Made by a program: the position numbers and the translations under genes
Shown here: in pieces, positions 14,484 through 31,768 of the stretch
Numbering within the stretch: position 1 is the stretch's first letter
How the letters are laid out: each line of letters begins with the position of its first letter
Assembly: GCF_009914755.1 (NCBI RefSeq)
Contig: NC_060930.1
Source of the DNA: the human T2T-CHM13v2.0 reference genome, Homo sapiens
DNA length: 64,000 nucleotides
Strand: one strand, 5' to 3'
The notes under the pieces: model-generated
Told to the model about the DNA's origin: nothing
The model's input: the letters and a program-made list of their open reading frames with translations, nothing else
Database searches by the model: none

Positions 14484-15959
14484 GCAAACCAAACACAAAA
14501 ACCAATTGCTCCAAGATCTGTTCGTCAAAAGCAGCTCTCTAGGGGCCACCACACTACCTTTGACTTTTGACTTACTCATGTTCTCTGATGCTACCAGCCC
14601 CACATCTAGAACCCTCTGTGTAAGGAAACATGCATGCTGTTCAGCCCACAGTTGGGAGTTACACAAAGTATGTTCTGACCCAGAACTGTTCAGAACAACT
14701 TCTTAAATCCTGTAAATCTTTTAGTTCCCATTTATAAACCCACATTTTTCTCTTAGAAATGACCACATTTTATACATTTGTTACCATAAATAATCCACTT
14801 ATGTAAAACTGCAGTGATTTTTTTAAGTGTCTTAGTCTCTCCTTCTCCCACATCCAATTCATCTAAGTATTTATTTCCCACCCTCTCTTCTTGTACTCAG
14901 CAAAACAAGCCACCAAGCTGTAGCTCTTTGACTCTGAACCTATGCCTAATATGTCATCTATTTATAACTAGCAAAACCTTATAAAGAAAGCCAGTGTGTC
15001 ACAATAAGTGAGGTAATTATTTCTTTATGCCAGTTGGCTTTTCAATCAGCTGTGGTGTCTTTGTTTATTAAGGATGTAATCATCCACTATTTACACAGAA
15101 ATGCAAAGTCATATTAAGTGCAAAGTGTAGAAGTCTTAAGTGGGTTTTGAGAATGGCAGCATGTGGTAATTGTTGAAGCTGGATGGTGAGTTCATGGTGG
15201 CTCATTACAATATTCTAATTGTATGTTTGAAAATTTCCACACTGAAATTCAGATTTTAAAAATAGAGGGTTCTTTGAGTAAGATAGTCACTCTAAACTCT
15301 ACCATTTCAGTGGGACCTACAGAAAATACTCTTTAAAGCACACATTTTAGGGTTGCTAAACTGTATGCAGATTAACCTCCTATATCCAGGTATCTGCGAT
15401 CTGGAACTCTGTAGAAAGTGGAAATATCAAAAAATAAGTAGAACCAGGATTCCTTTTCTAGCGATTCTGACTGGTGTGGACAGAGCCCTCATGCCCCCAT
15501 GGGTGTACTCTTCGCCCTTGATTTAACATTAAGCTGCTGCAGAGATGACGTACACCTTAGCCCCTTTAGTGCACTCTGTTTTGTCATCAACTTTGATCCT
15601 CCCAGACTTATCACCAAAAATGTCACTGCCACTTAAAAAGACTTGAATCCACTTTATTTAATTATGGAGATCCCGATCCCCAATCCTCTGGTCCGGACTC
15701 ATCATAACCTAAGAATTCCAGATTTACGAAGAAAACATACGAAGATTTCTAGAATTAAAATGTTATATTTTATCAATTTCTGAATAGCAAATCATGAACC
15801 TTTAAAGATAATCATTCATTCTTTTAAAGACCTGCAGAAAAAGATTCTTTGGTATTTAATGGCAGGGTTTTATTAATTGAACATTTTTTACTAACAGGAA
15901 ATTCTTCTTATTAGGATTTAGACTTACAGGTCCCTAACTTGATCATTTTCATGGGGAAT

Positions 15960-16780
15960 TATTTACTCAATTATTTAACTGAGTACTGAAAACATGCCAT
16001 GCATTCTTTTAAGCACTGGGGATATGATGATAAATAAAACAAACAAAGAGTTGTAAAGGAGCTTATATTTAACAAGAGAAACGCAATTAAAACAAGTAAG
16101 CCGTGTGCCAGATGCTAAGTGTTCTGGAGTTAAATAAATCGGTGAAAGAGAGCCACTAGGGAAGGAATTGGTGATAAAGTGTGGCCCAGAGGTACCTCAT
16201 TGATAAGGTGATATGCAAATCCATACAGCCATGACATGAGAAGTGTATAATAAAAGTACCTGAAGGAAGAGACGAGTGTCACAGACAAAAGGAACAGCAA
16301 AGCCTCTAAAGCAGCAACATACTTGGTGGTTTAAGGAACAGCAGGAGGTAAGTAGGACTAGGTAATGGGGTGCAGGTCATGGAGGCCTTGGGGGCCACTA
16401 AAGAAAATTAACTTTTATCCTGAGTCAAATGGGAAGCCATCGCAGAGCTTCAAGCAGAGGAGTGATACGAGATGACTTATCTTTTACAAGGATCCTCTGG
16501 CTACTGTCTTAATAGACTGTAAAGGAGCAAGTTTAGAAGCAGAGAGACCAGTAAAGAGGCTAACAATGCACAACGCAGGCAAGAGATCAAGGCAGCCTGG
16601 CCCTGGGTAATAGTGGTGAAATCAGTGAGTGGTGATTACATTCCAGACATATTTTTAAGATAGATTGTCTATGGGGTATGAGAAATGTCAAGAATGACTC
16701 CCAGGTTTTTTTATCTGAAAATCTGGAAGAAAATAATTGGCATTTGCTGAGAAAGAAAATATCGTGGGAGGGCACAGCAG
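15960..16780 (-). mobile_element. L2 LINE fragment
   Basis: aagcactggggatatg...ttttatcctgagtcaaatgggaagcc...gtcaagaatgactcccaggtttt. Confidence 0.8.
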
Positions 16781-18509
16781 CATTTAGACCATTTTCTAAG
16801 GCCTGAGTCTGTTGCTACCTCACTCCTTTTCTCCCAAATTACAAAAGTTGCATAAAGCTTATGTGTTTGAGAGCCACAAGATGATGAGGGCTTATTACTA
16901 CTGCCTCAACAAACACAGGAATGAGTTTCCGAGGGCACCTTCTTCCCACTCTGCATTCCATCCCCTCCCAGAACCCAGAAACAAAACGTGAGTTTGGAAA
17001 ATTGGCTTTCATTCTGAAAAATTATGGACTTAAAATTTTAATCATATTTAAAATATTCGGGACTCTTTCTCCCATGTCAAGTAAATACAGGTCTTTTCAT
17101 GTCTTCCTCCCCTTTTAGTTTGCCATTCCCAGTGCTCTTTCTGAAGTGTGCCCTTTGGAGAAAACAGAAAGAAGCTCTTGTTTCAGGTATGAGCTCATGT
17201 AAGTGACCATGTGGGTGGCAGCACCTTTCCGGAGTTGGCTCTCCTTTTGTTTTTTAGGCACAGATTCTTGAAGGTAGTTACCCATTTCCGGCTCAAAAGC
17301 CAGAAATTCCCACCTACAGACTCTTCTATCATAGGTTTGACTCCCTCCAAGAAATGGAGAGCCAGAGAAGCAAATCAGTTTTTAAACAGAGATCATAAAT
17401 AATAAATCAGCATATCCATCAGTCATCACTACATTGCTATTTTTCTTAAAAAAAAAAAAAGTCCAGTGATTCTTACCTCTAAAGTACTGGTTTTTTAATC
17501 TTTATTCCCAGCATGTGTTTTCTCACTTGCCTTCCTACAAGTTGAAAGATGTTTCCTCATCCTGCCTGGACCATGCTCTGCCCCACACAGCTGGGATGGG
17601 GCATGGGCCCACCTGGGGATATAGCCGTCACTTCACTTGATCGTGAACTGTGCTTCTCCAGCAAGGAATTGTTTCTTGAGTAAGTACTAAACTGTTTTCA
17701 AAGGGTTACCCTGTGGAAAGTATCATGCTAGATACTGTATAGAACAAAAAGTTCAAGAAAGCTTACTCTCTTGAAGACATGAAAAACCTCACGAACTTTT
17801 CTTAAGACATACTAATCAGTTTAAGTCAGAAAATATGTAATGCTATCAAAGGTAAAAGGCAAGGTCTGGGAGCAGAGCGGCTGCAAACTGTCTACCACTG
17901 TATCAATAAGAGGAAAGAATTCCTCACAGGAAGCCTCACCCTGAGGCTCAGATGAGTCTGGTGCAGGCACTCCCTGAGTTCAGAGTGGTGGCAGGATCTA
18001 AGGGGCTCAGGAGCCTGTCACACAGAGAGGAGGGGATGACCACTGAGGAGCTCAGCAAGAATGAGATTCCAGAAGATTTCAGGTTGGTAGCTTAGGGGGA
18101 AAATCTGCATCAAATCCCAGGTGTAGTGTCAGGAAGGAAAGCAATATCACGTTAGGGACAGGACAAGAAGAGAAACCTGGGCTGAGTCCCTAAACATTGC
18201 AGAAGGCAGGCAGAAATCATGCCTGGCAGGATAACTGCTTCCTCTGTGATTTCTCCCTGGATTCCCCTCCCACAGTTTCCCAGCCCCCACATAGAGTTAA
18301 CATCCTCCTTCATACCACCAGGTACTTTGTACACTTAATAGACACGCTCATGTTGTACATATGTTTATGAGCCCAGCATTGAGCAATTCCTCACATGTAA
18401 TGAACATTCCACCAGTACTTACTGAAGTGAGCTGAGAGTCGGGGACTAAAACAGAATTAAGATAGCCCCTATAGTCTCCTCTTGATGTGAAGATAAGCCG
18501 GCAGACAAT

Positions 18510-18992
18510 TGTGTTCATTTTCTGTGGTTGCTGTAACAAAATAACACAACTTTTTGGCTTAAAACAATGCACATTTATTCTCTTAAGATTTGGCGGCCAG
18601 AAATCTAAAATCAGTTTCACTGGGCCAAAATCGAGGTTCTGGAAGGACTAGCACTTCCTCCAGAGGTTCTTGGGAAGAATTTGTTCCTTGCCTCCTCTAA
18701 CTTCTGGTGGCTGCTAGTATTCCTTGGCTTGTGGCTGCATCACTCCAGTCTCTGCCTCTGCCACATTGCCTTCTCATATTCTGCATGTATGTGTACTATC
18801 CTCTTGACTCTGTCTTATAAAAACTCTAGTGATTTCACTTAAGATTTCCTGGATAATCTACAGTAATCTCCCTATCTGCAGACCCTTAAGTTAATCACAA
18901 CTGGAAGACCTTTTTGCCATATAAGGTAACATTCAGTTTCAAGGGACTGGGACATGGATGTCTTTTGGGAGGCCATTATCTAGCCTACTATA
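18510..18992 (-). mobile_element. MLT1 (MLT1C-like) solo LTR
   Basis: ttgctgtaacaaaataacacaac...aaatcagtttcactgggcc...gccatataaggtaacattc. Confidence 0.85.
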
Positions 18993-19134
18993 AAGAGCTT
19001 GGTTACCTACAAAGGCAGAGGAATGAAGTTAAAAGAATACAGGAAAGAGAGACACTTCTCTGATAAGCCCTTTTTGTATAGTTTTGACCTTCAGGACAAT
19101 GTTAATTTTTTTATATTTAAAATTTAAATCAACA

Positions 19135-19492
<358 letters not shown>

Positions 19493-19856
19493 TCAAATGA
19501 ATAACAATCACACCTAAAGGGATTAAGAGAAAATACTAAAAAGTAATTTATGATTGCAGTATTTTACCATACACTGTCAGTCTTGGGAGGAATAGGATGG
19601 GAGAAGAAGGAACCACAAACAAATTCTGAACTATTTTTGTAGGTTTGTTTTTTGTAGTAGTGTGGAGTAAGCAATTCTGAAACTACCTGAGATGCATTAT
19701 AGAAATGAACAAGAGAATAAATATATTGATGTGCTTGAGAGCCAAGGTTCTCACTGTGAAGAAGGCCTATAAAAATATCAGAAAAAGCAAAAAAGAATCC
19801 TGAGGGGAGGAATTGAAATTAGCAGCACTGGTATAAATCTATGATTTCTAAAATTT

Positions 19857-19968
19857 GCATATGTATGTGTATATGCCTATATATGTGTACATGCATGCTG
19901 GTGTATATATGTATGTATGTGCATGTATTTAGGTGTGTGTATGTATATGTGTATATATAAGCATATAT
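19857..19968. repeat. Degenerate (TATG/TG)n microsatellite
   Basis: Purine-pyrimidine alternating tract. Confidence 0.85.
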
Positions 19969-20854
19969 TATTTAAATTTGTCCACTAGAAACTAGAAGCA
20001 AAGACACCCCAGTAGCAATGAGCACACCTAGCACCCAGATCTTGATTTTAACACCATTCTCCACTACAAAAACACCAGGGCTCCTCAGAGAAATGGCTGA
20101 CTCCAGAACTTGGTCAATGTGGGTTATGAGAACAACCTGGAATATCTTATTCCAAAACGTAAGGAAGTAGTCAAAAAATGGTAGCACATGTCCTAAGACA
20201 TGGGAGTCAACCCTCTGTGGCTCCCACTGGTCATATTTGTGATAACTTGAGCACTAAGATTATTAAGGATAGTAATGAATTGTAAACCTTTGAAAAAAAT
20301 TAAAATCCATAACCTATTTACCTAGTAAACAGAAAAGGATATACAGACAACCGGGAAAGAGGAGTGAGTTCTTGCTTACGTAAAATGCCTAGTGCAGACT
20401 GGAAAATGTAGGAGTGCTTGGAGGTAGCAAATGATCAGTTTGCAAACATCACATTAAAGTTGGTGCTGGCAAGCATCATCAATGGACACTAAATCTAAGG
20501 GTAATTTTTAAATTAAATCCAGATGTTCTTAAAGTGTCTTCCCAGGTTGCTTGTTAATTACAAAGAAAAAAATGGTGTCTATAAAATAGAGAATTGGACA
20601 ATGTTTTGACTGGGTTTAAAATTAACCTCACCAATATGAGGCTGATGGGCATCACCCACCTCAGCTCAGGATGTAATGCCCTGAATATGATACCACATCA
20701 CTTATGCTGTTTTCCAGCCAAGAATGCATAATCTGAATACAATCACAAGAAATCTTCAGACAAGCCCAAAATGAGAAACATTTTATTTTATAAAATACTA
20801 TATTATTCAAAAATGTCGATGTCATAAAAGACAGGGCTGTTTTGGTTTAAACTG

Positions 20855-21150
20855 TATGATATCGCTTATGTGTGGAATCTAAAAAGATTGAACTCAGAAG
20901 TAGAAAGTAGAACAGTGGTTACCAGAGGCTGGGAGGTAAGAGAAATGGAGACATGTTGGTCAAAGGATATAAACTTTGCTATAAGATGAACAAGTTCTGG
21001 GGATCTATGTGCAGCATAGGTAGTGGTAGATGTGTTAATTAATTTGATTTTGGTTATCATCACTACACAATGTAGATGTAAAAGAAAAGAAATAATCACA
21101 TCATATGCCTTGAATATATTCAGTATCTTGTCAATTAAATATTTTTAAAT
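20855..21150 (+). mobile_element. L1MA-type 3' end
   Basis: tgtggaatctaaaaagattgaactcagaagtag...gttggtcaaaggatataaa. Confidence 0.75.
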
Positions 21151-21475
21151 AACAACGTACCTGATTAAACATACACACACAAAGAGCCTAACAGAAAACA
21201 TGATAACTAACTCAATGCAATAAATGATCCTAAGCTGAATTCTGTACCAGGAGAAAAGTGCTAGAAAGACATTATTAGATCAAATGATAAACTTGAAATG
21301 TGGATGATAGGTTATGTAAGAGTATTGCATTAATGGTGAATTTCCTCAAGTTAGCAGCTATACTGTTTTTATGAAAAACAATATCTTTATTCTTAAACAT
21401 AACATGGAAATACTTAGGGTAAAAGAACCATGAAGGATGTAACTTACTCTTAAATGGTTAAGAAAAAATTATTAT

Positions 21476-21542
21476 GTGTGTGTATGTATGTACACACACA
21501 GACAAATACACACATGCAAACACACACACACACACACGCACA
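21476..21542. repeat. (TG)/(CA)n microsatellite
   Basis: Direct reading. Confidence 0.85.
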
Positions 21543-22280
21543 TAATAGGAGGGTAGTGAAAGACAGTGAGAGTACTCAAAGCATATGAAGTAAAATGTTA
21601 GCAATAGTTGAGTCCGGGTAAATGATCAGGTATTCTTTGTACTAGTCTTATTCTTGTAACATTTCTATGAGTGTAAAACTATTTCCAAATACAAGGTTTT
21701 TAAAAATAGCATTGTTCACTGTCACTCTTAGACTGTTAGAAAATGCAGCAAAAAATACTGAGCCAAAAAGAAAGCTCTATGAAATGAAAATAGTACTGTG
21801 AAGAACTCTTCAAAGAAGGCATCACTTCAGATAGATTTATACTGGCTCTAAACCCCCAACTTCCCAATTACGTCATCATAAAAATCTGCACACCAAACAG
21901 CAGCACCTCAGAATCTTCACGTTTCTCTTTCTTTTAAATTCAAGCATGAATGACTCATTATTGGGTGAGCCTATATACAGAAATCCTTCACAATACCGGG
22001 TAATTGTAACAGATATATTAAAGGTATAGGTAACAGATAGATATGTTAAAGATAACCAAAAAATTCTAGCAAAAACTTTTTCTAAAGAACCGTAACTCCA
22101 ATTACAACACAGCAGTAGCAGCTGAAGAGTGATGACAAATAAAATCCCTGAATAATAAACGCCGAGGTAGGCTCTAAAAGAATTGCTAATTATTTGAGCC
22201 AAAGAATACACAAATTTCACAAAGAACAGTACATTTGATCAATTGTCCAGTTTATCAATTGGGATGTTCAATATTAACTT

Positions 22281-22901
22281 TGTGTTTATTTGGGGGTTTT
22301 TTTCTTGCCTCAGATTTATTCATACAAATAGCATGGAAGGACAGAAGCTCCATCCAGACGGTAGCCCAGTGATCAAATCGGTCCTTCTGTCCTCATGTTG
22401 GCAGAGAGGCTTTATGGGGGCCTGGACACCTTTGGGAGCCTGAGCTGGAACTGCAGCTGCAGCTGAAGCTAAAGGCACAGCCTGGGCCTTGGTTTGATCC
22501 TTGGCCTTGGCCTCTGGCCAGTAGATCCACTTAGCAATGTAGACACAAATATACTCCCAAGCTTGGGATGGGCAGTGTAGGCAAGTCCATCAAGCTTCGG
22601 ACTGATGCCCTTTGACATCTTGGGCTTAACCTCCTTGAGCTTTATGAGGGCCTTGACAGCCTTGGCATGTGCAGTGATGGCCTTGCATTGTTGGCCTCCA
22701 TCTTCTCCAGGCTCTTCTTGTTGTGCTTCCTGACAAAGTGCATGTTACGCCCCATTAAGAGATTCATATCTTCGTAATTGTGGTTTCTTGACACCATTTC
22801 TGTGCCATTTTTCAGGACTGGTTGTGTGCAGTCTTCTTGGACCTGGTCATGTCTGCAGGGTAACCTGCGGCTCTCAAAGTGCCTGGGACAGGAAGACCTC
22901 T
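22281..22901 (-). pseudogene. RPL29P: Processed pseudogene of 60S ribosomal protein L29 (copy number not assignable)
   Basis: Minus strand: pyrimidine-rich 5'UTR, ATG at 22850, cacaaccagtcctgaaaaatggcacagaaatgg (HNQS.KWHRNG), aaggaggttaagcccaag, gatcaaaccaaggcccaggct; 3'UTR with AATAAA (22315-22320) and A-rich tail. Intronless, with premature stop, frameshifts and deletions. TSD atattaactt at 22271-22280 and 22902-22911. Confidence 0.95.
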
Positions 22902-23269
22902 ATATTAACTTCGAGCATGAACTTTGTCATCACAGGTTGGGTTCTCTGAAAGCAGATGCATAAACAGGATTAGGCAAAAGATGTATATCAGGGATGAGCT
23001 ATATATCACACCACCTGTGAAAGGAAGGAGAAGAGGGAGATTGGCAGAAGGAGAGCCAAATTGCAAGCCTGACAAAGCCTTGACTAGCCTAGCAGGGAGC
23101 TCTGAATCAACAATTGCTCATCAAAGTTGTCCTGCAACATGCATCCAAATTCAACATGCCTTTGTATCCCTGCCCTGCTAGTAACTTCTTGTAAGATGCC
23201 CTAGAAATACCTGACCTGAGGGGAGGTGGCTGTCTGGAGTAGAGGCAGACCTTGAAAGAGCTGTCAGCT

Positions 23270-24083
<814 letters not shown>

Positions 24084-25126
24084 GGAACGGGTCTGTCTGC
24101 CAAGATGCCCAAATAGGAACAGCTCCGGTCTACAGCTCCCAGCGTGAGCGACACAGAAGACGGGTGATTTCTGCATTTCCATCTGAGGTACCGGGTTCAT
24201 CTCACTAGGTAGTGCCAGACAGTGGGCACAGGACAGTGGGTGCAGTGCACCATGCACGACCTGAAGCAGGGTGAGGCCTTGCCTCACTCAGGAAGCACAA
24301 GGGGTCAGGGAGTTCCCTTTCCTAGTCAAAGAAAGGGGTGACAGATGGCACCTGGAAAATCAGGTCACTCCCACCCTAATACTGCGCTTTTCCAATGGGC
24401 TTAAAAAACGGCGCACCAGGAGATTATATCCCGCACATGGCTCGGAGGGTCCTACACCCAAGGAGTCTCACTGATTGCTAGCACAGCAGTCTGAGATCAA
24501 ACTGCAAGACAGCAGCGAGGCTGGGGGAGGGGCGCCCACAATTGCCTAGGCTTGCTTAGGTAAACAAAGCAGCCAGGAAACTCGAACTGGGTGGAGCCCA
24601 CCACAGCTCAAGGAGGCCTGCCTGCCTCTGTAGGCTCCACCTCTGGGGGCAGGGCACAGACAAACAAAAAGACAGCAGTAACCTCTGCAGACTTAAATGT
24701 CCCTGTCTGACAGCTTTGAAGAGAGCAGTGGATTTCCCAGCACGCAGCTGGAGATCTGAGAACCAGCAGACTGCCTCCTTAAGTGGGTCCCTGACCCCTG
24801 ATCCCTGAGCAGCCTAACTGGGAGGCACCCCCACAGTAGGGGCAGACTGACACCTCACACGGCCGGGTACTCCTCTGAGACAAAACTTCCAAAGAAATAA
24901 TCAGACAGCAGCATTCACGGTTCACAAAAATCCGCTGTTCTGCAGCCACCACTGCTGACACCCAGGCAAACAGGGTCTGGAGTGGACCTCTAGCAAACTC
25001 CAACAGACCCGCAGCTGAGAGTCCTGTCTGTTAGAAAGAAAACTAACAAACAGAAAGGACATCCACACCAAAAACCCATCTGTACATCACCATCATCAAA
25101 GACCAAAAGTAGATAAAACCACAAAG
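24084..25126 (+). promoter_or_regulatory. L1 5'UTR internal promoter region
   Basis: L1PA 5'UTR upstream of the ORF1 ATG at 25127; activity not demonstrable from sequence. Confidence 0.7.
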
Positions 25127-25955
25127 ATGGGGAAAAAACAGAGCAGAAAAACTGGAAAATCTAAAAAGCAGAGCGCCTCTCCTCCTCCAAAGGAATGTGG
25201 TTCCTCACCACCAACGGAACAAAGCTGGACAGAGAATGACATTGACGAGTTGAGAGAAGAAGGCTTCAGACGATCAAACTACTCTGAGCTACAGGAGGAA
25301 ATTCAAACCAAAGGCAAAGAAGTTGAAAACTTTGAAAAAAATTTAGATGAATGCATAACTAGAATAACCAATACAGAGAAGTGCTTAAAGGAGCTGATGG
25401 AGATGAAAGTCAAGGCTCAAGAACTATGTGAAGAATGCGGAAGCCTCAGGAGCTGATGGGATCAACTGGAAGAAAGGGTATCAGTGATGGAAGATGAAAT
25501 GAATGAAATGAAGTGAGAAGGGAAGTTTAGAGAAAAAAGAATAAAAAGAAAAGAAATGAACAAAGCCTCCAAGAAATATGGGACTATGTGAAAAGACAAA
25601 TCTACGTCTGATTGGTGTACCTGAAAGTGATGGAGAGAATGGAACCAAGTTGGAAAACACTCTGCAGGATATGCCCATCAGACGAACAGCGGATGTCTCG
25701 GCAGAAACTCTACAAGCCAGAAGAGATGGGGGGCCAATATTCAACATTCTTAAAGAAAAGAATTTTCAACCGAGAATTTCATATCCAGCCAAACTAAGCT
25801 TCATAACTGAAAGAGAAATAAAATACTTTACAGACAAGGAAATGCTGAGAGATTTTGTCACCACCAGGCCTGCCCTAAAAGAGCTCCTGAAGGAAGCACT
25901 AAACATGGAAAGGAACATCCGGTACCAGCCACTGCAAAATCATGCCAAATTGTAA
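25127..25955 (+). pseudogene. L1 ORF1p, disrupted
   Basis: MGKKQSRK... premature TGA at 25454-25456; in-frame deletion at 25672; ends YQPLQNHAKL*. Confidence 0.95.
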
Positions 25956-26018
25956 AGACCGTCAAGGCTAGGAAGAAACTGCATCAACTAATGAGCAAAA
26001 TACCCAGCTAACATCATA

Positions 26019-29727
<3,709 letters not shown>

Positions 29728-29946
29728 ACATTGAGAACACATGGACACAGGAAGGGAAACATCACACTCTGGGGACTGTTGTGGGGTGGGGGGAGGGGGG
29801 AGTAATAGCATTAGGAGATATACCTAATGCTATATGACAAGTTAATGGGTGAAGCACACCAGCATGGCACATGTATACATATGTAACCTGCACATTGTGC
29901 ACATGTACCCTAAAACTTAAAGTATAATAATAATAAAATTAAAAAT

Positions 29947-30345
29947 AAAAATGTGGCACATATACATCATGGAATACTATGCAGCCATAAAAAATGATGA
30001 GCTCATGTCCTTTGTAGGGACATGGATGAAGCTGGAAACCATCATTCTCAGCAAGCTATCACAAGGACAAAAAACCAAACATCACATGTTCTCACTCATA
30101 GGTGGGAATTGACCAATGAGAACACATGGACACAGGAAGGGGGACATCACACTGGGGGACTGTTGTGTGGTGGAGGGAGTGGGGAGGGATAGCATTAGGA
30201 GATATACCTAATGCTAAATGACAAGTTAATGGGTGCAGCACACCAACATGGCACATGTATACATATGTAACAAACGTGCAGGTTGTGCACATGTACCCTA
30301 AAACTTAAAGTATAATAACAATAAAATAAAATAAAATAAAAAGAA
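29947..30345 (+). mobile_element. Extra L1 3' end (L1PA4-like) with (TAAAA)n tail
   Basis: Second copy of aaaatgtggcacatatac...cctaaaacttaaagtataat, sequence distinct from both neighbours. Confidence 0.9.
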
Positions 30346-30742
30346 AAGAAAATGTGGCACATATACACCATGGAATACTATGCAGCCATAAAAAAGGATG
30401 AGTTCATGTCCTTTGTAGGGACATGGATGAAGCTGGAAACCATCATTCTCAGCAAACTATCACAAGGACAGAAAACCAAACACCGCATCTTCTCACTCAT
30501 AGGTGGGAATTGAAAAATGAGAACACTTGGACACAGGAAGAGGAACATCATACACCAGGGCCTGTTGTGGGGTGGGGGAGTGGGGAGGGATAGCATTAGG
30601 AGAGATACCTAATGTAAATGACGAGTTAATGGGTGCAGCACACCATTATGGCACATGTATACATATGTAACAAACCTTCAGGTTGTGCACATGTACCCTA
30701 GAACTTAAAGTATGATTAAAAAAAAAAAAAGAAAAAGAAAAA
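30346..30742 (+). mobile_element. L1PA5-like 3' end, right part of the host element
   Basis: Third 3' end with aaaaaggatgag, ggacagaaaacc, aatgtaaatg, cctagaact variants; begins with aagaaaatgtgg, which also occurs at 24072-24083. Confidence 0.9.
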
Positions 30743-30814
30743 GGTTGAGGTTTGAGGTTAGGCTCAGTTTTATAGAAAATGACCTCTTTCTTTCTCTCTG
30801 TCTCTCTCTCTCTC

Positions 30815-31375
30815 ATTAACTAAAGTCCGTGGTTTACTTAGATTTCCTTGGGTTTTACCTAATGTCCTTTTCCTGTTCCAGGACCCATTGGATATCACAT
30901 GACATTTAGTCATCATGTCTCTTTGGACTCCTCTTTGCTGTGACAGTTTCTCAGGATACCCTTGTTTTTGATGACCTTGACAATTTTCAGGAGTGCTGGT
31001 CAGATATTTTGTAGGATGCCCACTATTGGAATGTGCCTGATGTTTTTCTTATGGTAAGTCTGGGGTTATGGTTTGTTGGTAGGAAGACCTTGGAGGTTAG
31101 GTGCCATTCTTGTCACATCATGTCAAGGTTACATCCTATCAATATGACTTACAGGTGTGTATGTTGACCTTGATCACCTAGCTGAGGTAGTGCATGTCAG
31201 GTCTCTTCACTGTAAAGTTACTCCTTTCCCCCCTTTCCATACTGTACCCTTTGGAAGAAAGTCACTATGCACAGCCCACACTGAAGGAGTGGGGGTTTAT
31301 GCTCCTTCTCCTTGAGGAGGGATTATCTCCATAAACTATTTGAAATTCTCCTGTATGAGAGACTATTTATCTTTT
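30815..31375 (-). mobile_element. L1MC/L1MD-type 3'UTR fragment
   Basis: ttttcctgttccaggaccc...gatgaccttgacaatttt...gaccttgatcacctagctgaggtagtg. Confidence 0.8.
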
Positions 31376-31446
31376 TTATTTTTAATGTTTTCTTAAAACC
31401 TAAAAAAATTAAATTACAAGATACAATATAGAAAAGTGCATATCTC

Positions 31447-31768
31447 AGCTGGGCCCAGTGACTCACACCTGTAATCCCAGCACTTTGGGAAGCTGAAGTG
31501 GGAGGATCACTTGAGCGAGGCCAGGAGTTCAAGACCAGCCTGGCCAACATAGCGAAACCTCATCTCTACTAAAAATACAAAAAAAATTAGTTGGACATGG
31601 TGGCACACACCTGAAATTCCAGCTACCTGGTAGCTCAGCCATGACAATTGCTTGAATCTGGGAGGCGAAGGTTGCAGTGAGCCAAGATCGCACCACTGCA
31701 CTCCAGCCTGGGCAACAGGGTGAGATTCTATCTCAAAAATAAATAAATAAATAGAAAAGAAAGAAAAA
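31447..31768 (+). mobile_element. Alu (AluSz/Jb-like) lacking its own TSD
   Basis: Dimeric Alu with (AAAT)n/A-rich tail; upstream flank is not repeated downstream. Confidence 0.9.

Noticed and set aside
24330-24545. L1 antisense ORF0
   Set aside because: The start codon context gcccgccat reads gcccacaat here, so the ATG is lost
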